A stretch of 51,318 nt of DNA from Actinomycetota bacterium (GTDB lineage: Bacteria > Actinomycetota > Actinomycetes > Nanopelagicales > Nanopelagicaceae): positions 1 through 51,318 of the forward strand of contig JAPLBL010000033.1 in NCBI GenBank assembly GCA_026392765.1, in the 5' to 3' direction. The notes beneath the pieces are model-generated. The model searched no databases. It worked only from the letters and a program-made list of their open reading frames with translations, and was not told the origin of the DNA. This document shows positions 1 to 10,885 of this stretch, piece after piece (the stretch's first letter is position 1; the number at the start of each line of letters is the position of its first letter). The position numbers were made by a program, and so were the translations under genes.

Positions 1-750
1 TTCTATGACGGAGTCGGTGCAACGCGCGATGTGCTGCAAAACCATATCCTTCAAGTTTTAACGATGCTCACTATGGAACCGCCTATCGATATGGGTTCTG
101 AGGCGATGCAGAATGAGAAGATCAAGGTTCTCTCCGCTATTCGCGATATCAATAAGAACGATGTTGTCCGCGGGCAATTTGAAGGATTCCTCGATGAAGA
201 TGGCGTAGCTGAGAATTCAGATACGGAAACCTTTGTTGCGATGAAATTGTTTATCGATAACTGGCGCTGGGCAGGAGTTCCTATCTACCTGCGCACAGGT
301 AAGAAGATGCCTGAGACTGTCCTTGAAGTTATTGTTGAATTTAAGCAACCTCCACGCGCTCTCTTTGGAAAGAGTGAATCCAATCAAGTGCGATTCCGCC
401 TTGGTGCTAAAGATGGCGTAGATATCTCACTTCAAGCGAAAAAGCCTGGAACTAAGTTGATTACAGAGACCGTTGATCTCTCCGTAGAGTTCGTTGCAGA
501 GTTCGGCGATCGCCAAGGTCCATATGAGCGATTACTACGCGCTGCAATGTTGGGCGATCACTTCCGCTTTACTCGTATTGATGCTGTTCTTCACTCATGG
601 CAGATTTTGGAAGATCTCTTAAAGAATCCAAACCCAGTGATTCAATATGAAGGTGGTTCATGGGGACCAGCTGAGGCTCAAGATCTCATTCCTGGTGGAT
701 GGTCTCCTGTGGGTAGTGAAGCTGAAAATCTTAAAGATCTTCACCACTAA
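1..750 (+). CDS. zwf: glucose-6-phosphate 1-dehydrogenase, C-terminal part (truncated by window start)
   Basis: Frame is open from base 1 (FYDGVGATRDVLQNH). Motifs ETFVA, DNWRWAGVPIYLRTGK, YERLL and GSWGP. Confidence 0.95.
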   Translation, partial: FYDGVGATRDVLQNHILQVLTMLTMEPPIDMGSEAMQNEKIKVLSAIRDINKNDVVRGQFEGFLDEDGVAENSDTETFVAMKLFIDNWRWAGVPIYLRTGKKMPETVLEVIVEFKQPPRALFGKSESNQVRFRLGAKDGVDISLQAKKPGTKLITETVDLSVEFVAEFGDRQGPYERLLRAAMLGDHFRFTRIDAVLHSWQILEDLLKNPNPVIQYEGGSWGPAEAQDLIPGGWSPVGSEAENLKDLHH

Positions 751-2037
<1,287 letters not shown>

Positions 2038-2041
2038 CTAA

Positions 2042-2908
2042 ATGCCTCAATTTAAACTCAAAGATGGTCGCGAATTAGAGATTGCCGATAATGGAATCAA
2101 CTCTGAGAGCGCGATTGTTTTCCATCACGGAACACCAGGCCATGCAAGCTCATGGACTGATTGGCTTGAGTCAGCAGCAACTGCAGGTATTCGCGCTATT
2201 GCTTATAGCCGCGCAGGATATGGAACTAGTGATCGCAACCCAGGTCGCAGTGTGATTAATGTGAACTCAGATATTGCTCAAGTGTTAGATGCAAAGAACA
2301 TCACTAAGTTTGTATCCATCGGTTGGTCTGGCGGAGGCCCACATTGCCTTGCCAATACCTTTGAACCACGCAATGTTGGTGCAATCTCTCTTGCTGGTGT
2401 TGGTGCATTTGGTGTGGATGATCTTGATTTCCTTGAAGGTATGGGACCAGAAAACCATGATGAATTTGGTGCAGCCCTCAAAGGTGAAGCAGTCATTGAT
2501 CAGTGGATGAATGACAATGCAGGAGCAATGAAATCAGTAACAGGAAGTGACATCATCGAAGCATTTGGTGGACTCATTGGAGATGCCGATAAGGCAGTTC
2601 TTGAAGGTGGAGAAGCTGATGCAATGGCAGCTTCAATGCGAAGCGCACTTGCTGTCAGCTTCGATGGCTGGATTGATGACGACTTAGTCTTTGTGAAGAA
2701 GTGGGGATTTGAGCTAGAGGCAATCACCAAACCTGTCTTCTTATGGCAGGGCGATGATGACTTCATGGTTCCTCATGCTCACTCTTACTGGTTAGAAAAA
2801 CACATTCCCACTGCGACTCTGACCTTCAAGCCAGGTGAAGGCCATATCTCAATTGGAGTGAAGTACCGCGCTGAAATATTGGCGCAGGCACAAGGTCTAT
2901 TGAAGTAA
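2042..2908 (+). CDS. alpha/beta fold hydrolase
   Basis: HHGTPG oxyanion region, GWSGG nucleophile elbow, GDDDFMVP acid, GEGH histidine. Confidence 0.9.
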   Translation: MPQFKLKDGRELEIADNGINSESAIVFHHGTPGHASSWTDWLESAATAGIRAIAYSRAGYGTSDRNPGRSVINVNSDIAQVLDAKNITKFVSIGWSGGGPHCLANTFEPRNVGAISLAGVGAFGVDDLDFLEGMGPENHDEFGAALKGEAVIDQWMNDNAGAMKSVTGSDIIEAFGGLIGDADKAVLEGGEADAMAASMRSALAVSFDGWIDDDLVFVKKWGFELEAITKPVFLWQGDDDFMVPHAHSYWLEKHIPTATLTFKPGEGHISIGVKYRAEILAQAQGLLK

Positions 2909-4132
2909 ATGCTCTATAAGGAATTCACCGTCCTGCTTAATCCGCAGTCACGGAAGATCATCTTTGGTATTTGCCTTAATGCAATAGGTGGCGGAATGAC
3001 TCTGTCACTGCTACTTGTCTACTTGCACGATATGCGCGGCTTCACCAATACCTTCGGTGGCCTCTTACTTGCATATGGCTCCCTAGTCAGCATCATTGCC
3101 AGCTCACCGATGGGTGCACTTGTCGATCGCATCGGACCTAAGAAAGTCATTATCGGCGGGCTTTTATTAAACTCAGCCGCTGCTTTCTCACTATCCCAGG
3201 TGCAGACACATTTTCAAGCGGTGATTGTTATGACTGGCCTTAACATTGCAGGACAGGCAATCTGGCCAAGCCAGAGTGTGATCTTGACTCGAGTCACACC
3301 TGAAAGAGATCGATCTAAAATCTTTGGTTTTAACTTTATGTTGCTCAATTTAGGTTTGGGAGTTGGTGGCTTACTCTCATCACTGATTATTCAGCGCGGT
3401 GACTTACTCTCATTCCAAATTATGTATTGGGTCGATGCCTGCACATTCCTGCTCTATCTGCTGATTGTGCTCACTCTGCGTGGTGAGCATGTCAATAAAT
3501 ACATCCCGAAAGAGCATGAACCAAAGACTGGTTCCTATAAGGATCTCTTTGAAATAAAGCCTCTGATGTTCTTAGGCATCGCAGGAATCATCCTCTTCAC
3601 CTTCGGCTATGGAACGATTCAAGCCGGTATTCCAGTCTTTGCAACGCAATTCCTTGGACTCTCACCTAAGTGGCTCGGGATTATCTTTGGCGTGAACACA
3701 CTCTCGATTGTTATCTTTCAACCACTTGTGATGCGCGTGATTGATAAGTATTCCAAGTATGCAGCCCTCATTGCCGTGGGATTGGTGTGGGCGCTCTCGT
3801 GGGTCTTTGTTGGAATTGCTCCATACCTTCCACTTTTTGCATCAGGTATTGCACTCTCCTTAAGCCAATTTATCTTTGCAGTGGGTGAAATGATTCAAGC
3901 TCCCACAATTCCAACTCTTGCAAACGAACTAGCTCCTGAACATATTCGTGGCCGCGCCAATGCGTGGATGAGTTTGCAATGGTCAGTCTCTGGAGTCCTT
4001 GGCCCTGCCATCACAGGGCTGATGCTGGGGGCTGATCTTGCAACCGCCTGGATCATCACCATGTTTATTGGCTGTTTTCTTTCAATCCCGCTATTTCTTG
4101 CAATGAAGAGGGCTGCAGCGGTCGCGCTATAA
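2909..4132 (+). CDS. MFS transporter
   Basis: About 12 hydrophobic segments; MFS motif A GALVDRIGPK; starts directly after the upstream stop (TAAATG). Confidence 0.9.
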   Translation: MLYKEFTVLLNPQSRKIIFGICLNAIGGGMTLSLLLVYLHDMRGFTNTFGGLLLAYGSLVSIIASSPMGALVDRIGPKKVIIGGLLLNSAAAFSLSQVQTHFQAVIVMTGLNIAGQAIWPSQSVILTRVTPERDRSKIFGFNFMLLNLGLGVGGLLSSLIIQRGDLLSFQIMYWVDACTFLLYLLIVLTLRGEHVNKYIPKEHEPKTGSYKDLFEIKPLMFLGIAGIILFTFGYGTIQAGIPVFATQFLGLSPKWLGIIFGVNTLSIVIFQPLVMRVIDKYSKYAALIAVGLVWALSWVFVGIAPYLPLFASGIALSLSQFIFAVGEMIQAPTIPTLANELAPEHIRGRANAWMSLQWSVSGVLGPAITGLMLGADLATAWIITMFIGCFLSIPLFLAMKRAAAVAL

Positions 4133-4264
4133 CGAGTGGGTAACAACCTCTGCAAAATGGGGTTATTTAGGACATTTGGGGTTTCTTTTTAGCCATCTTG
4201 CGACTACCTTGCAGTACTCACGGGTAATGCCGTGGCAATAACCGTGTTCTAAGGGGCCCAACAA

Positions 4265-5227
4265 TTGACTGCCGTTGTACTCGAAGAAGAGTCACAAGAG
4301 ATAGTTCAGCGCACCCCCAAACAGATTGCGTGGGGACGCTTTAAGCGCAACAAGGTTGGTATCTATGCCGGCTGCGCAACGATCTTCTTCTTAAGCGTTT
4401 CAGCACTCGCTCCAGTCATCACGCGCTTATTTGGCGTTGATAACCATTCTATTTATGACGGCACTCTCAATGAGTTTGCGATGCCAATCGGAGCTATGGG
4501 TGGAATCTCTTGGGCACACCCGCTCGGAGTTGAACCTGGCGTTGGTCGCGATGTCTTCGCACTTCTTCTCTATGGCTCACAACTTTCATTCCTCGTTGCA
4601 ATTATTTCAACTGTTGCAGCTATCGGAATTGGAATGTTGATCGGTATTGCAACCGGTTACTTCAAGGGCAAAGTTGATGCATCTGTGGGGCGTTTTTCCG
4701 ATTTTCTTCTCTCATTCCCCGGCACTTTTATGATTATCGCTCTCTCACTTCCGCTTGTGCAGCGTGTGGAAGCAGCAGGAATTGCGCATGAAAATGCTGC
4801 TCGCATCTTGGTACTTGTGATCTTCCTTGTCTTCTTTGGATGGACTGGTTTTTATCGACTCATCCGTTCTCAAACCATGTCACTTCGCGAACGCGACTTT
4901 GTGATGGCAGCTCAAGCGATGGGTGCATCGAGCTGGCGCATCATTGTCAAAGAGCTACTGCCTAACTTATGGCCAACAGCAATCGTCTTTATCTCACTCT
5001 CATTGCCTGGATATATCGCAGCAGAGGCGACCTTCTCATTCCTAGGCGTTGGCGTGCAGGCACCTGCATCCACCTTTGGTCTGGTGCTCTCTGATGCGAT
5101 CGCCTATTGGCGCGAAGACCCTGCATACCTTCTTATTCCATGCACCATTTTGATTGCAATCGTTCTTGCTCTCAATCTGCTCGGTGATGCCGTGCGCGAT
5201 GCGCTCGATCCGAAGGCAGGTAGATAG
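4265..5227 (+). CDS. peptide ABC transporter permease (OppC/DppC-like)
   Basis: HPLGVEPGVGRDVF, EAA-like loop FVMAAQAMGAS, C-terminal NLLGDAVRDALDP; TTG start after AAGGGG. Confidence 0.93.
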   Translation: MTAVVLEEESQEIVQRTPKQIAWGRFKRNKVGIYAGCATIFFLSVSALAPVITRLFGVDNHSIYDGTLNEFAMPIGAMGGISWAHPLGVEPGVGRDVFALLLYGSQLSFLVAIISTVAAIGIGMLIGIATGYFKGKVDASVGRFSDFLLSFPGTFMIIALSLPLVQRVEAAGIAHENAARILVLVIFLVFFGWTGFYRLIRSQTMSLRERDFVMAAQAMGASSWRIIVKELLPNLWPTAIVFISLSLPGYIAAEATFSFLGVGVQAPASTFGLVLSDAIAYWREDPAYLLIPCTILIAIVLALNLLGDAVRDALDPKAGR

Positions 5228-5234
5228 ACCCTAG

Positions 5235-5274
5235 ATTTCCATAGCAATATGGGATTTTCCGTAGCAATACGGGA
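5235..5274 (+). repeat. two tandem 20-nt GCAA-tetraloop hairpins in the oppC-oppA spacer
   Basis: ATTTCCATA-GCAA-TATGGGA followed by TTTTCCGTA-GCAA-TACGGGA; the copies differ by a compensatory A:T to G:C pair. Confidence 0.7.
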
Positions 5275-5373
5275 AAAAGCTTCAATGAAGAGATATCTCG
5301 CGAGTTTCTCTTAATGAAGTTTCAGCTCTGATTCACGTCCCGTGAGTTAGATCCGCTTCTACAAGGAGGACAA

Positions 5374-7128
5374 ATGTCCGGTTTGAAAACTAGCCGTCGC
5401 ATCCTTGCTTCAACAGCTGCAATTGCACTTGCTGTTGGCGTAACAGTTGCGTCAGGCACAAGTGCAAACGCTGCAGAGAAGCCAGTTACTGGCGGAACTC
5501 TCTACTTCGTTACAAATGCAGAACAGTTCGATCACATTGACCCAGCCCGTGTTTACACAGGTCGCGACATTGCGTTCTTGAACTCATACCTCTACCGCAA
5601 CTTGGTTTCATACAAGCCAGTAGCAGGTTCAGCAGGTTCATCACTCGTTGCAGACCTTGCAACTAACACTGGTGTTCCATCAAATGCAGCTAAGACATGG
5701 AAGTTCACACTTCGTGCTGGCGTCACATGGGAAGACGGCTCAGCTGTTACCTGTGCTGATGTGAAGTACGGCGTATCACGTCCATTCGCAGGCGACGTCA
5801 TCACTGACGGTCCTCAGTACCTCGTGCAGGCACTTGATATTCCAACTGATAAAGATGGAGCATCTGTCTACAAGGGTCCATACAAGAAGACCGGACAGGC
5901 AGCATTCGATAAGGCAGTTACATGTTCAGGTAACACAATTACCTTTAACTTGAACCGCTCATTCGCAGACTTCAACTACGCACTTACTTACCCAGCAGGT
6001 GCACCAGTGAAGGCTTCTAAGGACACAGGCGATAAGTACGACCTTCGTCCTTTCTCAAACGGTCCATACAAGATCTCTTCATACAAGATCGGCGATCAGC
6101 TCGAGCTCGAGCGTAACGCTGCTTGGAAGAAGTCATCAGACACAGTCCGTACTCCATACCCAGATAACATCGTTGTACGTTTTGGTCTAGCTGAAGATGT
6201 TCGCGATCAGATCATGCTTGAAGATCAGATCCCTAACACTGCATCACTTGATGCTCTACAGCCAGCAAACCTTCGCGCATTCTTCGCAGATCCAACTAAG
6301 AAGGCGCAGCGCTTTAACGTCTACGATCCATACGTTCGCTATGCAGCAATGAACGTAAAGAAGGGTCACATGGACTGCCTCGATATTCGTAAGGCTGTCT
6401 TCTTTGCAATCAATACCCAGGCTCTCATCGACCTTTCAGGTGGACGTGAGTTCTACGGTGACCCAGGAGATAACCCTGTAAAGCCTGTTCTTGGTCTTGA
6501 TTATGCGAAGACAACTGGAAACATTCACGATGCAAATTGGAAGATCACCGGAAATGCAACTTACGCAGCATCATTGCTTGAGAAGGCAAAGACTTCATGT
6601 CCAGATGCTTACTCACGTGCAACTGCTGCAGATAAGGGAATCATTTGGGATCTCTCTAATACTGCAACTAGCCAGAAGGCAGCAGTCTTGATTGGCGATG
6701 CTGTTAAGGCAGCTGGAATTAACTTGAAGTTCAACTTCATTCCTTCCGGTCAGTACTACTCAACAGTTCAAAACCGCGACAAGCAGAATGACATTTCAAC
6801 TGCTGGTTGGGGTGCTGACTGGGCAAATGCATCAACAGTTATTCCTGAGCTCTTTACTAAAGAGGGTGGATTTAACTTGTCACAGAACTGGGATGATGCA
6901 GCATATGCAGCATTCAAGAAGAAGTCTGATGCAACTAAGGTTGAAACAAACCGCGCTAAGCAGGCGAAGGGATGGCAAGAACTCAGTCAGTACGTTATGG
7001 ACCAGTACTGGATCATCCGTCCTGTCTTCTCTAAGGGCCAGGAAGTCTGGGGCTCTAAGGTTGGCGGCGTTTACTACTGGGAGCCACAGGGTAACTTCGG
7101 CTTCGGTGGTATGTACGTAAAGAACTAA
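5374..7128 (+). CDS. peptide ABC transporter substrate-binding protein (family 5, OppA/DppA-like)
   Basis: Signal peptide ending ANA-A; GGTL, DPARVY, ADLAT, WKFTLR, GPYKI, LERN, WGADW; strong SD AAGGAGG; biased codon usage. Confidence 0.93.
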   Translation: MSGLKTSRRILASTAAIALAVGVTVASGTSANAAEKPVTGGTLYFVTNAEQFDHIDPARVYTGRDIAFLNSYLYRNLVSYKPVAGSAGSSLVADLATNTGVPSNAAKTWKFTLRAGVTWEDGSAVTCADVKYGVSRPFAGDVITDGPQYLVQALDIPTDKDGASVYKGPYKKTGQAAFDKAVTCSGNTITFNLNRSFADFNYALTYPAGAPVKASKDTGDKYDLRPFSNGPYKISSYKIGDQLELERNAAWKKSSDTVRTPYPDNIVVRFGLAEDVRDQIMLEDQIPNTASLDALQPANLRAFFADPTKKAQRFNVYDPYVRYAAMNVKKGHMDCLDIRKAVFFAINTQALIDLSGGREFYGDPGDNPVKPVLGLDYAKTTGNIHDANWKITGNATYAASLLEKAKTSCPDAYSRATAADKGIIWDLSNTATSQKAAVLIGDAVKAAGINLKFNFIPSGQYYSTVQNRDKQNDISTAGWGADWANASTVIPELFTKEGGFNLSQNWDDAAYAAFKKKSDATKVETNRAKQAKGWQELSQYVMDQYWIIRPVFSKGQEVWGSKVGGVYYWEPQGNFGFGGMYVKN

Positions 7129-7157
7129 TTAACGAAAGTTAGTTAGCAATTCGTTAC

Positions 7158-7196
7158 AGTTGCGGGCGGTTTCACAAAATGAAGCCGCCCGCAACT
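7158..7196 (+). terminator. strong hairpin after the substrate-binding protein gene (attenuator or 3' stabiliser)
   Basis: AGTTGCGGGCGGTTTCA-caaaa-TGAAGCCGCCCGCAACT, 17-bp stem with no U-tail. Confidence 0.7.
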
Positions 7197-7245
7197 CCAC
7201 GAAATCACACAATTTTATTTCAAGGCTATTTTTAGGAGATTTTCG

Positions 7246-8250
7246 ATGTTGAAGTACTTGGCTCGTCGATTGAGTGCGACTTTCTTGGTCATCACTCTCG
7301 TGAGCATGTCTGTCTTTGGCATCTTTGCAGTCCTTCCTATGGACCCTGCAGCGCTCACATGCGGAAAAGCATGTTCTGCGCCAGTGATTGAAGCTAACCG
7401 CCACCGCCTCGGACTTGATGTCCCAGTGCAGGTGCAATATGGACGCTTTGTTAAGGGACTCTTTGTTGGACGCGACTTTGGTGAAGGTGCAGCAGCTTTC
7501 CACTGCCCAGCGCCGGCATTTGGATATTCATTTAACCGCCACGAATGTGTCACAACTCTTGTTGCTGAAGCATTCCCTGTCACTCTCTCACTAGCCGTCG
7601 GAGCATTTGTTCTATGGCTCTCAGTCGGTGTGAGCCTTGGAATTCTGGCAGCCCGGAAGAAGAATGAATGGCAAGATCGAGCGGCAACTGCCTTCGTTCT
7701 CATTGGAACATCTCTTCCCACATTTATTTCAGGTATTTTGATTCTTCTCTTTGTCGCCCTTAAATTTAATCTTATTAACCCTATTGAGATGGGGCGCTGG
7801 GTCTCACCGCTTGAAGATCCTGTTGCGTGGTTTAGAACCTTTATCTTCCCGTGGATAGTTTTGGCGCTTCTCTATGCAGCCACCTACACACGTTTTACTC
7901 GATCCAATGTCATCGAGACTTCAACGGAAGATTACATTCGTACAGCACGTGCAAAAGGTTTAAATGAGCGAGACATCCTTCGCAAGCACACACTGCGCGC
8001 TGCCCTTGCCCCGATCATCACTTTGGCAGGTCTTGATTTCGCAGGCCTCTTAGGTGGTGCAATCATCACCGAAGGCATCTTCAACTTGCCAGGTTTAGGT
8101 CGACTCTCTATTCGCGCTGTATTGCGTGATTACGATCTTCCTACAATTCTTGCAACCACCATCTTGGCTGCAGTCTTTGTGATTGTTGCCAACTTACTGG
8201 TCGATATCTTGTATGCCTATATCGATCCACGAGTGAGAGTTGCTTCATGA
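7246..8250 (+). CDS. peptide ABC transporter permease (OppB/DppB-like)
   Basis: LGLDVPVQVQYGRF, DYIRTARAKGL, GGAIITEGIFNLPGLG, NLLVDILYAYIDPR. Confidence 0.94.
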   Translation: MLKYLARRLSATFLVITLVSMSVFGIFAVLPMDPAALTCGKACSAPVIEANRHRLGLDVPVQVQYGRFVKGLFVGRDFGEGAAAFHCPAPAFGYSFNRHECVTTLVAEAFPVTLSLAVGAFVLWLSVGVSLGILAARKKNEWQDRAATAFVLIGTSLPTFISGILILLFVALKFNLINPIEMGRWVSPLEDPVAWFRTFIFPWIVLALLYAATYTRFTRSNVIETSTEDYIRTARAKGLNERDILRKHTLRAALAPIITLAGLDFAGLLGGAIITEGIFNLPGLGRLSIRAVLRDYDLPTILATTILAAVFVIVANLLVDILYAYIDPRVRVAS

Positions 8251-9281
8251 CGCTTAAGCCTTTTCTTGAGGTAAAAAACCTCAACGTTGCTTTCCCTACC
8301 GAAGATGGCCTTGTGCAAGCATCTAATGACATCTCATTTACTGTAGCGCGCGGTGAAACACTTGCCGTTGTGGGTGAGTCAGGTTCTGGTAAATCTGTTA
8401 CATCCCTTGCCGTCATGGGTCTTCACGATCGCAAGCGCACACAGATCACAGGCCAAGCATTTCTTAATCTTGATTCAGGCCCTATCGATGTCATCTCTGC
8501 TGATGACGAGGTAGTGCGCAAGCTTCGCGGCAAGGCGATGTCGATGATCTTCCAAGATCCGATGTCGGCTCTGCACCCGTATTACTCCATTGGTAACCAG
8601 CTCATTGAGGCTTGGTCTCTCTATAACGAAGGCGATAAGGCAGCCGGTAAGAAGCGCGCTATCGAGATGCTAGACCTTGTTGGAATTCCAGATGCATCAA
8701 AGCGTGTTGATGAATTCCCTCATCAATTCTCAGGCGGCATGCGCCAGCGCGTGATGATTGCAATGGCTCTCATCAATAACCCTTCCCTTTTGATTGCAGA
8801 TGAACCAACGACCGCGCTGGATGTGACTGTGCAGTCTCAGATCTTGCAGCTCATCCGTGAGATGCAGAAAGAGTTCAACATGGCTCTTATCTTGATCACT
8901 CACGACCTTGGTGTTGTCGCTGAGGTCGCAGATCGCGTGAATGTTATGTATGCGGGAAAGATTGTCGAAAGCGGTGGTGCTGAAGATATCTACTACCGCC
9001 CAGATCATCCTTACTCGATCGGTCTTTTGAACTCGATTCCAAAGATTGGCGAACTCGATTCCAGACGCCTTGTCGCAATCCCAGGACAGCCACCATCGCT
9101 GATCCACCTGCCACAGGGATGTTCATTCCGTGCACGTTGTTCATTCTCTGACCGCGTGGCAAATAAACTCTGTGCCACTACCGCTCCCACATTGGATACG
9201 AAAACTACTGAACACTTCTCACGATGCCACTTGCCTGAATCAGAACTTGTGAAAGCCCGTAAAGAAAGTGGTGGCATCTAA
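8247..9281 (+). CDS. peptide ABC transporter ATP-binding protein (OppD/DppD-like)
   Basis: Walker [26 protein letters not shown]-terminal Cys cluster. Confidence 0.95.
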   Translation: MTLKPFLEVKNLNVAFPTEDGLVQASNDISFTVARGETLAVVGESGSGKSVTSLAVMGLHDRKRTQITGQAFLNLDSGPIDVISADDEVVRKLRGKAMSMIFQDPMSALHPYYSIGNQLIEAWSLYNEGDKAAGKKRAIEMLDLVGIPDASKRVDEFPHQFSGGMRQRVMIAMALINNPSLLIADEPTTALDVTVQSQILQLIREMQKEFNMALILITHDLGVVAEVADRVNVMYAGKIVESGGAEDIYYRPDHPYSIGLLNSIPKIGELDSRRLVAIPGQPPSLIHLPQGCSFRARCSFSDRVANKLCATTAPTLDTKTTEHFSRCHLPESELVKARKESGGI

Positions 9282-10267
9282 TGACTGAGCCTCTTCTCAA
9301 AATTGAGGGCTTGAAGAAGTACTTCCCCACAACAACAGGTGGAGCATTCTCAAAGGTCAAGGGCACCGTCAAGGCTGTCGATGGCATCGACCTTGAAATC
9401 TATCCAGGTCAGACCATTGGACTTGTCGGCGAATCAGGATGCGGAAAGACCACTGCAGGTCGCACCATCTTGAAGTTGTATGAACCAACGGGTGGAAAGA
9501 TCACCTTCGAAGGTCAAGACATCACAGGCTTAAAGCCAAAGCAGATGAAGCCACTGCGTTCGCAGATGCAGATGATCTTCCAAGATCCTTTTGCATCCCT
9601 TAACCCACGCCACACTGTGGGCACCCTGATCGGCGCAGCATTTGAAATTCAAGGCGTTACTCCTGCCGGCGGCATCGAAGCAGAAGTACAACGCCTCATG
9701 GCTCGCGTGGGACTTAACCCAGAGCACATCAACCGCTATCCACACGAGTTCTCTGGCGGACAACGCCAACGTATTGGTGTTGCTCGTGCGATTGCATTGA
9801 AGCCAAAGCTCATCGTTGCCGATGAGCCAGTATCCGCACTCGATGTTTCGATTCAAGCTCAGGTCGTTAACCTTCTAGAAGATCTGCAAGATGAATTTAA
9901 TATGGCTTATATCTTTGTGGCCCACGATCTCTCTGTCGTTCAACACATCTCAGATCGTGTGATTGTGATGTATCTCGGCAAGGTGATGGAGGAGGCCGAG
10001 AAGGTTGATCTCTTCACCCATCCTCGCCATCCATATACAAAGGCACTTCTTTCAGCCGTTCCTGTTGCAGATCCGATCAAGGGTCGCAAGCGTGAGCGCA
10101 TCATCTTGCAGGGCGATCTACCAAGCCCAGTAAATCCACCAGCAGGCTGTGTATTTAATACTCGCTGCTGGAAGGCGCAAGATAAGTGCCGCACTCAAGT
10201 TCCAGAGCTGATGCAGATTGGTAAAGATCCAAGCCATCGTATTGCCTGCCATTTCCCAGAAGATTAG
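9281..10267 (+). CDS. peptide ABC transporter ATP-binding protein (OppF/DppF-like)
   Basis: [25 protein letters not shown]-terminal CVFNTRC...C...ACH. Confidence 0.95.
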   Translation: MTEPLLKIEGLKKYFPTTTGGAFSKVKGTVKAVDGIDLEIYPGQTIGLVGESGCGKTTAGRTILKLYEPTGGKITFEGQDITGLKPKQMKPLRSQMQMIFQDPFASLNPRHTVGTLIGAAFEIQGVTPAGGIEAEVQRLMARVGLNPEHINRYPHEFSGGQRQRIGVARAIALKPKLIVADEPVSALDVSIQAQVVNLLEDLQDEFNMAYIFVAHDLSVVQHISDRVIVMYLGKVMEEAEKVDLFTHPRHPYTKALLSAVPVADPIKGRKRERIILQGDLPSPVNPPAGCVFNTRCWKAQDKCRTQVPELMQIGKDPSHRIACHFPED

Positions 10268-10270
10268 AAG

Positions 10271-10314
10271 GCAATAAGAGAGCCCCGACCAATTGGCCGG
10301 GGCTCTCTTATTGT
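10271..10314. terminator. bidirectional intrinsic terminator
   Basis: GCAATAAGAGAGCCCCG...CGGGGCTCTCTTATTGT inverted repeat between convergent genes. Confidence 0.85.
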
Positions 10315-10338
10315 TAATAAGTTAATCGTTAAAAAAGC

Positions 10339-10869
10339 TTATGCAAGCTTTCCATCTACCTGCACAGTGGATTCGCCGATGCGAACTGTGAGAGTCAATG
10401 GATCTCCAACAGAGGCTTGGCAACCAACTCCATACTTGTAAGTGATTTCAGCTCCGGCCTTGAGTGACTCAGTTGGTGCTCCGTTGATATCAAGGTCTCC
10501 CAAGACATCGAAGCAGACATTGGCACCGGATGATGCCTGCAATGAGACAGTAGTGAAATCAAGAGGCGTCTTTCCACCGTTTTTAATGATGACTTCAAAT
10601 GAGTTTGAAGTCTTTGGCTTCTGATCAATATTGGTCATGAATTGCGTTGGTGAAAAACGTGAAGGTGATGAGACGGTCACAAAGACACCGCCCCCAAGGT
10701 CAAGTGGTGCATCAAAGGCGATAGTGGCAACAGGGGCCTCTTCTTGGACCAAGGTCGCCGCATCGACTGGGGCATCAGAGCCGCCGTTGGTGACAGAGCG
10801 AAGGATTGCTCCGCCGATAAGGATTACGACAGCGATGATGATCCACTGCTTACGAGAAAGTTTTTTCAT
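10339..10869 (-). CDS. hypothetical membrane-anchored extracytoplasmic protein (beta-rich, DUF4352-like)
   Basis: Basic N-terminus, one TM helix, then a beta-strand-rich domain with a Cys pair. Start chosen 7 nt after TAGAAT. Confidence 0.7.
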   Translation of the reverse strand: MKKLSRKQWIIIAVVILIGGAILRSVTNGGSDAPVDAATLVQEEAPVATIAFDAPLDLGGGVFVTVSSPSRFSPTQFMTNIDQKPKTSNSFEVIIKNGGKTPLDFTTVSLQASSGANVCFDVLGDLDINGAPTESLKAGAEITYKYGVGCQASVGDPLTLTVRIGESTVQVDGKLA

Positions 10870-10885
10870 GAGCATGATTCTACCT

